A DNA stretch of 63,987 bases, filler included, from Hyphochytrium catenoides (GCA_900088475.1; 14 parts of 14 records of this genome joined end to end with filler, not necessarily neighbours in it); one strand, 5' to 3'. Numbered from the whole stretch's first letter, positions 1 to 12,600 are shown. Program-made: numbers and translations. Notes: generated by a model from the sequence alone, not told the origin.

Positions 1-930
1 AGAGAGAGAGAGAGAGAAGAGAGAAGTGTAAGAACAACTGGTGGAGCGTGTGTCCTCCATTCTCTCACATGATCAATGTCTTCCTGGTGTTGATAGATAA
101 TAATATGACCGGAACCCTGAGATAAGACAAAATTGTACTAAGTGACAGCAGTAGTAATACATGGTAAAGTGGGGTGGACAACCGCTAAAAGGTGTGTTAG
201 GTAAGAACCAGCAGCCATGGAAAGCGAGGGATAAGAGCTACCACGTAACATACATTTGGGTAGGTGGCCTCTGAGTATGGGGACAGCGTGCCCTTTGGGC
301 GCCTTCAAGCTTCGGTTCTGAATGATGGGAGATACTGGAGGAGCTGTGTGTGTGTCTGTCTGTCGAGCCTCCATCCTTCTGATGAACCACCGATGGGAAA
401 GCAAGAATAGAATCTCAGAGGAAGACAAGCTGGCGACTGAGGTTAGCGGTCATTGTGCGCAGTAGGAGGTAGGCAGCAAAGCAGAGGGATGCCAAGGAAT
501 GTATGGGTTGGTGATGAGAGCAACAAGTTCTTCACTGTTAAATGAGTGAGGAGCGAGAGAGGAAGTGATGACTGTATACCAGCAAGTGGGAGAGAGAGAG
601 ATCCTCTCAGCTGGGTGATCCTGTGTGATTGAGTAATTCCTTGGAGCTCTGAAGACCTCATTGGACTCCGCTGTAGAGTCTCTGAGCCCATTCTTCCTTT
701 ATAGAGCTTATGTCTTCTGATAGAGCTTAACAGCTCTGAGCGGCTAATAATCAACCTACAAACGCCTGCACGGGGCCACGGCCTAGTAGCAGTGGAACGG
801 GGAGAGACGAAGCTTCTTCCAGCAGTAACATAGCTTCGTTCAGATGGGCCTTAAAGACGCTGATGGAACAGACCTCGTCCCTCCCCGCTCCGATGCCACT
901 AAGCCGCGGCCTCGTCCAGGCTCTTGTAGA

Positions 931-992
931 TTGATTATTAGCGGCCATTGTGGTTTCTCGAGGTTGATTATTAGCGGCCATTGTGGTTTCTC
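931..992. repeat. Tandem duplication, 29-nt unit, period 33
   Basis: TTGATTATTAGCGGCCATTGTGGTTTCTC occurs identically at 931-959 and 964-992. Confidence 0.9.
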
Positions 993-3779
993 CTAGAAAG
1001 GGAGGACTCTCTGTCTTTCTCTGCCACAAACCTTTATGCTCCAATTGCTGCTGTGCAGAGGCAGAGGACAGGGCTGAAGCCACTGCTGCTTGTGGTAGTG
1101 CAGCTGGGAAGGAGAATTGTCCTCCGCCTCCTGGGACAGGACAGACAAATACCAACAAGGTAGGAGGGTAGGTTGGCTAAACAGCGGACACTCTTTGCAT
1201 ATATAGTGTCCGTGTATCCCAATTCCTCAGTCTGTCGGTCCTTATGAACAACCTTTGACTGCGGTCGGCTATGAGTGCTTATAAGTCTTGTCTCCCTCAT
1301 CGCACCAGAGCTATACTCTATATACATTCCCCTCTGTCTCCGCTTCTCTTCTGGCATTCTCAGTTACCTGTTTACCGCCTTATTTATACCACTGTCTTCT
1401 CAAGTAGTCGGCTCCTCTTATCATTGCAAAACATGAAGGGGGGCTTTCCACTTCTTTTGCCTAGGGAAAGAAGAGGGCTGCTCCCAAAGCCTCATCATCT
1501 GCCCCCACGAAGCGCAAGGTAGCTTCTTCTCGATGCAGTCAACCGGAAGACTGCTGGTCTAGACACGCGGCCTCAAAGCCCGGAAAATGGCATGCACCTG
1601 GTAGGCTTAAAAGGTAACACAGTGGCTGCGATCCCTGCCAGCCTGCAGCAGGAAAAGAAAATCGTGTAGAGGTAAGGATCCACTTACACTTTGCCTCTTT
1701 GGTCCAGATCTTTTCCGTCTACAGCTTTGTTTGATCTGCTCCTTTCTTTCACTGGTGATGGTATATTTCGGAAGCAACTGTCTGGAGCCTGCTTGAGTCT
1801 AAAATTCTTCTCTCATCTTGTACTTCTCTCTACTCAATTGACTTCAATCGCTCTATCTATGGCCCGATGACAGCTTCCTAAGAGTCACCACACGCTCTCT
1901 TTAATAATCCTAGGCCGATGTACTATCGCATGTTCGATCATTGTTCGAGACGATTCTTCTGGAGGACTAGTAGTCTAAAGGAGAACAGCCTTGCTTGTCA
2001 AGAAGAGCCAGATGGTAAGGATCCAGCCAATTCATTCTTACCTATATCTGACTTCAGTCATTGCTGCTACGAAAAACACTTCCTTCCGTTCTTCGACCCC
2101 TGGGCCTTTGTGCTTTCTCCTGCCTTCTTCTTTTTGGCGTCTATCCCCACTCGCAATCTTCCTTTCTCACCGCATCTTCTTCATTACTCTTAAGGCGTTA
2201 ATCTTTCCACTGGTTCCGCTTGGAATGAGGCTCTCCCTTCTTCAAGCCTTGCTCTCCTCGCATGTGTCCTCCCCTCATGAAGAATTCCAGCAGAGCAGAG
2301 CTTGACTACACCTTCCTCTTGCATCATCGTGGTGGGGGGCTATGACTAACACTTCTGCGTGCTTTCCTGATTGCTCTTCCTTCTTGTTTAGTTTGCCTAG
2401 TAGATGGTTTTCGAGAAGTTCGCTGCCAAGAGGGCCTCTTTCTGTGCGTGACGAGCTCGTTCCGAGTCCTTGCTGTGAGGAGTAGGTAGGAGATGTCCTG
2501 CGTATCGGCGATACGGTTGGGCGTGGTGGCCAGCGGCTGGGCAAGAAGGGCGTCTTCTCGCTACAATGGCTCAACCCAAAGGAGTGTTGGACAGAAATGG
2601 TTGCTGCTTGTCTTTTTTACTTAGTTTTCTCGATCGCTCTTATAAAAATCTCTTCTTATACTATCATTGAGATGTGACCCTTTGGTATCAAGAAATTAGT
2701 AAAGACTGTGTAATCGACTACTGTTTGAAGAAGCAGAAGAGAAGCAAATATGTACTACGAAGCAACAAAAGAGAATGGAGAAAGAGCTGAAATAGGCCAG
2801 AAAGAAAGGAAGAGCACAGTAGCTAGGACCTCACCCGGCCCCCAAGGGCCGGGAATTGACAGTAGAAAGCAACTGTGGGGCTACCAAGGAGGCGGCGGCG
2901 GCGGGGAGATCGTCCTCCTCTCCAATACTTCGAGAGAGGAAAAAGTCTTGCTCCTGCTCACGGTCAACAACCGAGTGTTTGGAGTGAACATAACATCATC
3001 ATCACTACTGTCACCAAGACTGTCACCCACGACGACGCACAGTAGTAGAAGAACAGCTCTGCCTGTAGTCTCTCCTCACCCATACATAAGCGCGTACTGC
3101 TGCTGATGAAGAAGAGTAGACCTAGGTAGTAGCTAGCAGGTAGTACTTTTGCTTTTATCGATCAATCCCAAGGAGCAGTCAGCCTTGGAGGAGGAGGATG
3201 ATAGTGAGTGCGAAAGATTGGTAGTTCCTGGTAGTACGAGCAGGTTTGAATGTTGAATGATGAGCTAGTAGCTATAATGATGACTACCTACTACGTACCA
3301 GCAGCTCCGGTAAAGATTCTGAGCAAGCGGCAGAGGCTAAGACTGACCGAGGAAATCTGAAAGTGACGGAGGAGGAGGTCAGCCCCATCCTACAACCGCG
3401 CCAGCAGGAAAACCTAATTGATATCCCTCCCTGGATATTCCAACGGTACGTCAGCCATAATGAGTTGTTCTCGTCTCGAAGTTCTTGATGGTAGCCTTCC
3501 ACAACTCTGCAGCTAGCAACAACCTGGTGATCGGGTAGTGAGAACTGTGATAATAGCGGTGCCCTGCCCACCAACCTATCCTCCTCTTTCTCTTTCGAAC
3601 CTCCTCAACAACGTAGTGTTAGCCGCCACTACTACTTACAAAAAAGTATGTTATTAATTAGCAGTCCTTCTACTATGAAAAATCGCTTTCTTCTTTCTCG
3701 TCGTCAGAGACTGTGTGCAGCTCCTCACTACGTCAAAATAGTATTGGCCATGATGAGGACGGACTGCCCCAAGGTACTT

Positions 3780-4526
3780 TTATGTAGAAGAAGATGTTAT
3801 AATCTTGCGCCTCTTAGTCCTACTCATATTGTGCTCCAGAAGAGATATTCTTTCACTTTTTCTTCCACCACCACCAGCTTTTTCTTCACTCTGGAGTCGT
3901 GATGATGCGGCTCCTCCTTCTTTTTCTGAACCCAGCGGCTTCAATTTTTTGTCCCGACAACAAGAATCTCGTCGTCGCAATTCTGCTCTCAATTCCATCA
4001 GCAGCGCTCCTCCAGCGAAAGCATCTCCCTGATAGCCCCGGGAGACGTGTGAAAGCACAGCATCCTTCGTGTTGAGAAGGAGATCTCTATACTCGAGCAT
4101 GTTAAATTTGCACCTCAACGCCTTCTTGATAACATTACGTTTGACTGAGTCCCATCTCCTCAGTTGGTCCTTTGTCAAATGGAGTTTCCTTTTTCCGGTG
4201 CTCCTCTTTGCATCCAAAGTGCTCAAACGTTTTATTCTTCTATTTATGATTCGAATGTCTTCGCCGCTAACGACATGAACTTTGTAACCATGGAAGTAAT
4301 GCTCAACCGACGGCCATGGTAGCCCCTCGTCGTCGACGAAGTTGCATGGATAGAAGTTGGACAGCTTTTGCCTGAAGTTTGTGAAGGCTATGTCCTGAAA
4401 ATCGTCGCCAGGACGCAATCTCTCCCCAACTCCGCAACCAGGAGCTGCATCTTTAGATCTGCTGAAGTATCGAAACAACGAAGGCTGCTGCCGATCGCTA
4501 TTACTACTACTACTCGAAGAAGCCAT
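3780..4526 (-). CDS. NADAR (YbiA-like) domain protein, intronless, with N-terminal PIP-box-like motif and basic C-terminus
   Basis: 248-aa ORF with NADAR hallmarks LSNFY, WPSVEHYF..YK, W...KRNVIKKALRCKF, LLLNT.DAVL, LLMELR; QPSLFRYF at residues 14-21; SRTKRRK near the C-terminus. Confidence 0.85.
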   Translation of the reverse strand: MASSSSSSNSDRQQPSLFRYFSRSKDAAPGCGVGERLRPGDDFQDIAFTNFRQKLSNFYPCNFVDDEGLPWPSVEHYFHGYKVHVVSGEDIRIINRRIKRLSTLDAKRSTGKRKLHLTKDQLRRWDSVKRNVIKKALRCKFNMLEYRDLLLNTKDAVLSHVSRGYQGDAFAGGALLMELRAELRRRDSCCRDKKLKPLGSEKEGGAASSRLQSEEKAGGGGRKSERISLLEHNMSRTKRRKIITSSST

Positions 4527-4920
4527 TGTTGGTTGTTGATTCTTCTTCTTCTTCTTCTGCAGCGCTTTTCACCGGTGCATAAATATAACCAACAAAAAGG
4601 ATGATGGTCTCTTCGTTCGTTCGTTCCGAAGAAGATGGAGACAACTCACTGGTTGCCACTATTATGATGATGATTGTGCTTTATGATGTGTGCCAGAGCT
4701 TGGAAAGAGAGCGTGATGTTATGCAGCGCGGCGCGGGATGATGCTTGTGGTCTCTCCTATCAAAAAACTCTGCCTAGGACGATGAGGAAGAAGAAGTAAG
4801 GAGGTCGGGGCAGAAAAGTAGCACAGTAAATATACTGAGGATCCTTTATTTGTCTGCTGTACAGTTAGGAACATTGCCCTTTCATCCCTCAATCAATGGG
4901 TTGTTCTACAATAGAAAGTA

Positions 4921-4959
4921 CCTAACCCTAACCCTAACCCTAACCCTAACCCTAACCCT
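4921..4959. repeat. Interstitial telomere-like repeat (CCCTAA)x~6.5
   Basis: cctaaccctaaccctaaccctaaccctaaccctaaccct, internal to the contig with unique sequence on both sides. Confidence 0.9.
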
Positions 4960-6573
4960 CGAGGAACTTATTAGGAACCTAAATAAAGACCTTTTCCTTA
5001 TGGGTGACACCGATATTGGTGGATTCAGAATATGCTATCTATCTCAAACCGAAATCTGGAAGAAGTGACATGATATCCAGGATCACAATCTGCAGACCTG
5101 TTTAGGCGCCTTTGATGACTTTCACAGTTCCCGCTCCGTCCTCACTTGTTGTGGAGTTTAGAAAGGCTTTTTAAAATGGCAATAATAAAATTGCAAATCT
5201 TTTTCTTCGAAGGATGTCTCCATGAAGAAGGTGGTGTTAGCATCATCTTGAGAGACTTCCCACTACTTTCTTGTCTGGGAGCTTCTCCATCCTCCCTTCT
5301 TATGATTTATGTTCGCGGCGGCGGCGGCGGTTAACGTTGTTGCTGCTAGCTGCTGCTGCTGCTGCATGCGCCGCGGGCAGCAGATGATTATTGCTGCTGC
5401 AATGTCACTTCTTGAGCTGCTGCATAATAATAACAGAAATAATAGTAGGAAGCTCCCATCATCATGGATGACAGCAGTCCGTCTTCGTCGTCGTCGCGGT
5501 CAACAATAAATCGACGAAGTATTGAGAATGGCGTTTCTACCACCCGTACTTCTTCACTGTCACTTCCATTATCCTCCATCCACCACCTAAATATTGATGA
5601 TGAGACTGCTGCCACCAGCAGACCACTCATCACTCGGCGACAATAGTAACTTCATCACTCTTTCCAACCATAGATGATAAAGAGCTCGTCTTGTAGTAGT
5701 TCTACTACTGCACCTCTTCCTCCTCCTCATTTTTTGATGATTTCCACTGATGATGATCGATCAAAGGCTGCTGGCTACCCAGTGGAGGGATACAACAGAA
5801 GAAGAGAAGAGAGTTTCCTCCTCCGAAAGGCCGCGCGCACCATCGCGCGCGGGGCGGTCTCTAGTACCAGTAGTAGTGGAGAGATTATTAGTGCCACGAG
5901 TGACGTAATTTTTGGTCAATAATGCTGTTGTTATCAGTAGAACAAGCGGAAAAAGGAAACTAGTCGTCATGATGATGAATAATAATAGTCCTCTTCAGCA
6001 CCGCACGAACACTCTTTCATATTTCACGCTTTATGATTCTCTATGCTACTAGAAAATCAGCAGCAGCGTTCTTCTTGTTGGAAGATACCATGATGTGATG
6101 CAAGGATAAAAATGTACTGCGAGTAACACCGACTACCAGCTTCGGTAAGGTTGGAAGCGACAACAGCCATGATGGGCAGCTCTCTTACTCGAGATGTCAA
6201 TGGTACCAGCAGCAGCCAACATACTCTGCTGCAAGATGGACAACGTAGTAACAGTGCGCAGTTATTAGGCCATAGTACTCGTAGGCCACAAGACGGAAGT
6301 ACGTCCGTAAGCACTTCCGTCACGCAAAGAAGAATCTCATGATATGTATGGGGTACCTCAGGATCAAGTGGTGCTTGTTACTTTTGGGTATCCGAGGTTA
6401 GTACAAGAAACCTCGCTAAATACTTCAGCAACGCAAGAACCATCCGAGAATAGCAACAAGTTCGAGGATAAGAGTAACGGACCTTTAGTGGTATGTTGAA
6501 TCCTTGGGAAAGATCCTCTTTGGCTCCTTCACTCCCTCCCTCTCTCTCTCTCTCTCTTTCTCTCTCTCCCTCT

Positions 6574-6673
6574 NNNNNNNNNNNNNNNNNNNNNNNNNNN
6601 NNNNNNNNNNNNNNNNNTTAATTAATTAANNNNNNNNNNNNNNNNNNNNNNNNNNNNNNNNNNNNNNNNNNNN
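6574..6673. other. Artificial contig spacer (100 nt: Ns + TTAATTAATTAA + Ns); same spacer at 17840-17939, 19749-19848, 21021-21120, 25389-25488, 26538-26637, 30606-30705, 32390-32489, 39557-39656, 44402-44501, 59610-59709, 61360-61459, 62668-62767
   Basis: Identical 12-mer giving stops in all six frames, centred in each 100-nt N block. Confidence 0.97.
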
Positions 6674-9600
6674 CCTCGGCGGAAGTACTCAGCCGAAGAG
6701 GTTGCACAGATTAAGAAGCGCACCTTGTCCAGAAGTGGTAAGGATACAACGGAACCCTATCTGTATCTTTGACCTCCACGATGTCCTTTTTGTCCCTCGT
6801 CTCACCTGCCTTATCTTTCCGGTTATGCGATGACGTTCATCTCCATCCTTTCGCTATCTCATCTCGGTCTCAGGTTCCGTGGCCTCTACACATGAACTGG
6901 ATCCGATAGATGCCGAAATATTGTTTGAAGGGTACCTTTTACGGGCCGAGGGCTCACTCATCCTCACCATGGAGAAGAGGTGAATAGGGAAGCGATAGAG
7001 CCTGCAGTCTTCAGGCCTCCCTATCTCCTTCTAGGCGGCCCTATATGGAAGAGTGGAGCTTCTTGTCTACTCTTATGTTGTCTCTTGCGCTGCCTTGCGA
7101 CATCTTACGTCTTACGCTTGTCCTCAGATACATCGTTCTGTGTGGAGATCAACTCAAGATCTTTCCCTCTCGGGAGCACCATCTAGGAAACAAGAAGTTT
7201 ACCTCGTTGCACGCCGCGAATGTTGGAGACTGGGACGGGCATGGAACCACTAGTCCCACGTCCCACGGGTTCAAGGTGCAACGCACTAGAGTCTAGCACG
7301 TTTACCTGTTACATTCCCCTTCTCTCGCACCTTTCTCAGGCTTGACTTCGATAGAGTACCATTCCGCTCCTCTCCCCGTTTCGGTGTCGTTTCCGACCCG
7401 ATTGTCTTCCATTTTCCCGCTCTTACTTTGTCTCTATGTTTGCTCCGCTCCCTTATCATCGATCTTCTTGCGCAGGTGGACACACATGAGCAGAAACCGC
7501 AGTATCTGGCAGGACTGAGTGAAGATGATAAGCAGAGCTGGATGAAGTTTATACGTCAGGGCATTACGAAGAGAAAGATCAGAGAGGAGAGTAAAAGAGG
7601 AGGCTCCCTTCACAGGTAAGCGTTTCTCATCATCCCGGTGACAGTCGTGCTCCTTCATCTGTCGCACTCTCTCCTCCTCTCGTAGGATAGTACTCGTTCG
7701 CTCCATAAGTCTCTCTGTTCTCCTCCTACACTTCTACCATTTGCCTCCATTGACAGCTGGTGTTGATTTGAAGTACTCGCATTCTCACCTGCAGATTGAG
7801 AATTTTATGTGCATGGCTGCTGTCCACTGCCGTGCTTCGCTACGAATAGAAGAATTCTCTCATCTTCATGAACGTTCTAATCGACCTTCTCATGCTACCG
7901 CCTTCTCTTCAAACGTCTAGCTCTCCTACCTACATGGAGCTTCTGGATAAGCTGAAGCTATACTTCAAGGTCGTGCACCTGTAAAGAGGCACCAATATCA
8001 GGCCACCTTGCCCTCTGTCTTTCTTGTCTTCCCTTGTTTTTTACTAGAGCATACTTTCTTACTCTTTGCCGCCTGGTCTACGCTTCTCTATCGGTAGTTA
8101 CCGTCGTGACCCGTCCCTCTACAAGTTCTTCTTTATCTTTCTAGCAAGATATTCATGGCGACTTACGCTTAGTATGAATATATGGCTCCTATCATCAGGT
8201 CTATGACGTGCAAGGCACAGATCCTGAATCTACCCTGTATCTCTGGAAAGGAGACTATCCTGGCATGTTGAAGAGTCTTGATGAGAAGTATAAGACAAAC
8301 ATTGCCGAGGACGAGGAATGGAAGCGGCTAACCAATGCCCTGGAGAAGATCAAACAGACTCTGGAAGCGAGGTACATGGAGAAAAGATCACAGAGAGAGA
8401 GGACCGGGATATGCCCTTCACTATCCGAGCACCCTCACCTTCTCAACTCTGCCGCCACTTCCCTTCGTCATTGTCCTGATCTTTGTTCCCTTTAGTGAGA
8501 AAGGCGCAATGATCAAGAAATGCGATATGGAAGGCTATATAAACATGAGAGGGCCCAAGGGACTGGCCATGAAACTGAGATATGGAGTCCTGCAAAAGAC
8601 CAAGTTTTCCTACTTCTCCTCTTGGGAGGTAAGTTTTATAATGAGGAAGAGATCGGGGAGAAAGTGAGCGGCGAGATGAGTGCTTTAGACAGAAATGGTG
8701 TGGCGAAAGCTCTTACGTTATCAATGGCTTGTGTTCTTTCCTTAGCGCTTTGAGCTTCTCTTTGTACTGCCTTCTCTCGTCTACCACTCTCCGTCGCTCT
8801 TGTCCGACTTGGTGTTTCCTCTTTCATCCATCGGTCACTCAAGTCTTCACCTTGTCTTCAGGATGCTGCTGGTACAAGGCCTCCTCTGGGAGAGATAGAG
8901 ATCACGAACGTGCTGGAGTGGGATGGCCGTCAGACCTTCCGCGTGGACTATCAACACGCATTCCTCATAGATTCAAGACACAATGGACGATTCCACTGTG
9001 CCTGTGAGACAGCGGAGGATAAGAGTAACTGGACTAGCGCCATCTTGGCAGCTTTAGGAAAGGTAAGGATTGATATTCAGATGGATGGCCAACAGAGCTT
9101 CGAGGCGTAAGGGAAGCGCAATTCAGTCGTTGAACTCAGTTGTCAGCTCAGCCGAAGGTTGAAGGAAGCAGGAAACTATACGTAGAACTTCATAGGCGGA
9201 CAAGACAGTGAGGAGTCACCAACCCTCTCTACTTTGCCTTCAACTGCTCACATCATTTAGGTCAGGGGCACAACCGGCGGAGAAGATATAGAGAAGACAA
9301 TCGCTCGGAGGAAGCTGAAAGAGAAACTCTCTTCCTACTATGAGACGCATAACAAAGAAGCGATGGATAACATTGATGCACACATGGGACTCCAAAGATC
9401 TGTCAAGGACTATCTTCTCAAGCTGGATGAGACCTATGATACCAGGTGCGTCCCATCAGTCAGTCTACCTCGTTCGGTCTTCTATCTCTTTCTACCATTC
9501 GTCCCTCTCGCATTTACATTAGCTGTCGGTTGGGCGGCGTTCGATAACTACGAATGGGTCCCCGCCATGCCTGTGTAAAAGATCTCCTTCGACTGCTCCT

Positions 9601-12600
9601 CTTCACTTATCGCTCTACTGCCGCTTCACCTTGATCAAAGATTGCGATCCGTAACGGTCTGCTATTGTTTTCATTAGTATTGCCAATGATCCAGAGTGGC
9701 TTGCATTAGTGGAAATACTGGACAAGCAAGAGGAAGAAGAGGTAGCCGAAGGAGATACTCTATTGTCCTGAGCATGCTCTCGTTCAGAGTGCCGCCTTTC
9801 TCTTTCTTTCTTCTCCTATCTCTGCGTCCGCGACGACGTCCCATTCCCCTGAGATTGTTGATGATGTGTAGCTTCCCCATACAGCTCTGTGTATCTTCAC
9901 GTTTAAGAAGTCTCTCTTGCAGGAGGTGGGCATCCCCCGGGTCGAGGGGTACGTGGAGAAACAAGGCCACGCGGTAAAGTTGATGAAGAAACGATATGCT
10001 GTCGTTACGGGTGACCAGTTCAGATACTATGAGAGCCAATTTGCAGAGCGCTGTAAGGCACAAGAATATTGCCCATTTCCTCTCTTACTGCACGTTGCAT
10101 TTCTTCCTCTTCCCTACTCCCTAGTGAAAGGATGTCGCTTCTCTCTCTTTCCCTGCTATTTGGTTCCCACTTTCAGGGTCTTTCTAGAGGTTCTTTCTAA
10201 TGGGTGAGACTTATCTTCACTCTTCTTTCTAGGTACTTACTCCTCTATCGCCGCTTCTCTATTGCCCTCACTTCATCTCCTACAACCAGCCCAACCCGAC
10301 GATCCTATCGATCTGGTTCTCCTTGTGTCCATTCAGTCGTGGAGCGGGACTGTGGGCCTCAAGTACTATCCACATGGTTTCCAGCTTACCACTTCCAAGA
10401 ACAAAACGTTTAACTGTGCTGTGGCCACCGAGAGAGAGAAAGAAATGTGGATCAGGGGAGTAACAGAATCGCTCGCATGGGCCAAGAGCCATCACACGAG
10501 GAAGAAGAGCATCCTGACGCAAGAAGAGCACGTATGATGTTAGAGCCAAGAGAGACAATCCATGACCTCTCCGCTTGCGTGACTTACCTGGCTTACTTCC
10601 TCCCATTGATGTGAACCTAAACCTCTATTTTTTGCTGCATCTTCCCCTTTTTTCCTTCTCCGCTCTCTATTCCCTGACACTCAGGTTTTCTCTTCTATTT
10701 TTGGCTTCCTAGGAACGGCGGGAGAGGTTGAAGATGGAGCAAGCGACGTTACTCATACAGCGCCGTACCCGAGCCTGGTTGGCTCAGAAGAAGATGAGAG
10801 CGCAGGGTTTGTCTGGGACGGAGATGGAGGAAGCTCAGAAAAACCTCAATCAGGACGTCAATGTGATGAAGATGATTGCGATGATGAGGGTAGGTTCTTG
10901 TCACCTTCCTTTTAGGAAGAGAGAAGTTTGTCAGCTCGGCCACTATCTCTTTGTCCTCTATGTCACTTTGTTTCCTTTGCTAATTGTCACTGGATTGAAG
11001 CATCCCTCTGGCATGCCCTCCCACTTGCGCTGAAGGTTAAGCTCTGACCTGATTCATCTAACATGATGCCTTCCTCCTCATCTTCCCAATTTTGGTTTCT
11101 CTGTAGGGCTCGGCTGTTAGCAAAACGGAGAAGCTGAAGGTCCGATTAGAGGCCATTTTCCGGTCCAGAGCGGAGAAGCTCCTCACACATGTTGATGCCC
11201 TACTCTTCAGCTACAGGTTGCCACTTTGCCTCTCTCTCTCTTTCGCTCTCGCTGCTTCTCGCTAGGTCCGCAGTTTCTCCAATAACTCCATTGCATCAAA
11301 TTGCTGCTCTTATGTCCTCGATAAGCGGTCAGGGGTGCCGCAGTGCTCTGTGTGGTACTCCTTCTTGTCCACTGTAAATACATGTCCTCGTCGCTCAAAG
11401 TCTCTGACATATCTTCCTACTCCTGACCCAAAGAGGTGACCCTCTAAAGCTCTTAGTAGACTTTGACCGCATTTATGGAACCTCTTTGGCCACGGACTCT
11501 TCCCTGAGGTCCCTCATGGACTTGGGTACAAAGGAGAAAGAGAGGATCCACTTCCTCACAGAGACATTGGGCAGCGGCTCAGCCGATAGCAGCATCCCAC
11601 ATATGGAGGGCTTCCTGAACAAAATGGTTGGTTAGGGCTCCCTTCGTAGCTTCATCACTCTACTCGACTCATTTACTAGTCCACGAGCTCCCACTTTCCT
11701 TCGGTGGAAAAGGTGTAGCTTTGTTCGCTGCTTGACACGTCGAAGCCGGTGCGCTGTGGCTATTTCCTGTTCTGAATCCTCTCTATTCTCCTTAGAGGTT
11801 TTCTTCTCCGTATCCTGAGGACCTTACATGATTGCGCAACCTTATGTCGTCGAGGCGTTGGCTCCTAGTCTGACCTTCTTCTTCTCCTTACCTTAACCGT
11901 CTTGTGCCGATGAATAACAGAATGAGAAAGCTCAAAGAAATCAAAGAAAGTATGTCCTTCTACATGGATCAGACCTCAGTGTCTACGATAGCCGGGAAGA
12001 GTACAAGCAAGCTAAACAGGGACAGACAGAGAGAATGAGTATACTCGCCGTCTATGGTAAGATACCAGCTTAGAGTGACCCCCGACTACCTTTCCTTCTC
12101 TAAGTTCTTCTATTGGCTGGCTTTAATCCGTTCTTTGTTTTTCTTGGCTTAACCTCTTCTACTCTGGGCTTTGGTCTGCAAGAGCAACCTCTGTGCCTCC
12201 TGCGTGGATATGTACCTTCAAGCTCCGGTCACGAGCAATCGACGCCTAACGTTGTGTTCATCCTCAGACTGGGATGGTCTCGTGAATCTGCCCCCCGGCA
12301 TGGACCCGCTGGGTATCATCGCAGCCACAGTTGGCCGATCGGAGTGGGGCTTTCAATTAGAGTGTGAAGATGGAGGAAGCAGAAAGATTATCTCTCTTTC
12401 TGCGGCGACAGAGCAAGAGAAAAAGCACTGGATGCATCAAGCGAGGTGAGACCGGATCATTGCTTGCTTCTCTTTTCCGCTTGGAGCCTAAGAGCCACAC
12501 TTATCTCTTACTAAGGTTATCCGTTGCCACGGCGCGTGTGCGTAAAGTGGAAGCACTTGCAACAACTCCTAAAAAAGCGCCCCTGGCCACGAAGCTAAGG

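Noticed and set aside
4921-4959. True chromosome end
   Set aside because: Only ~6.5 units with unique sequence continuing on both sides
4960-6480. Cognate DarT/ADP-ribosyltransferase toxin next to NADAR
   Set aside because: Only short low-complexity ORFs; no ART motif recognised
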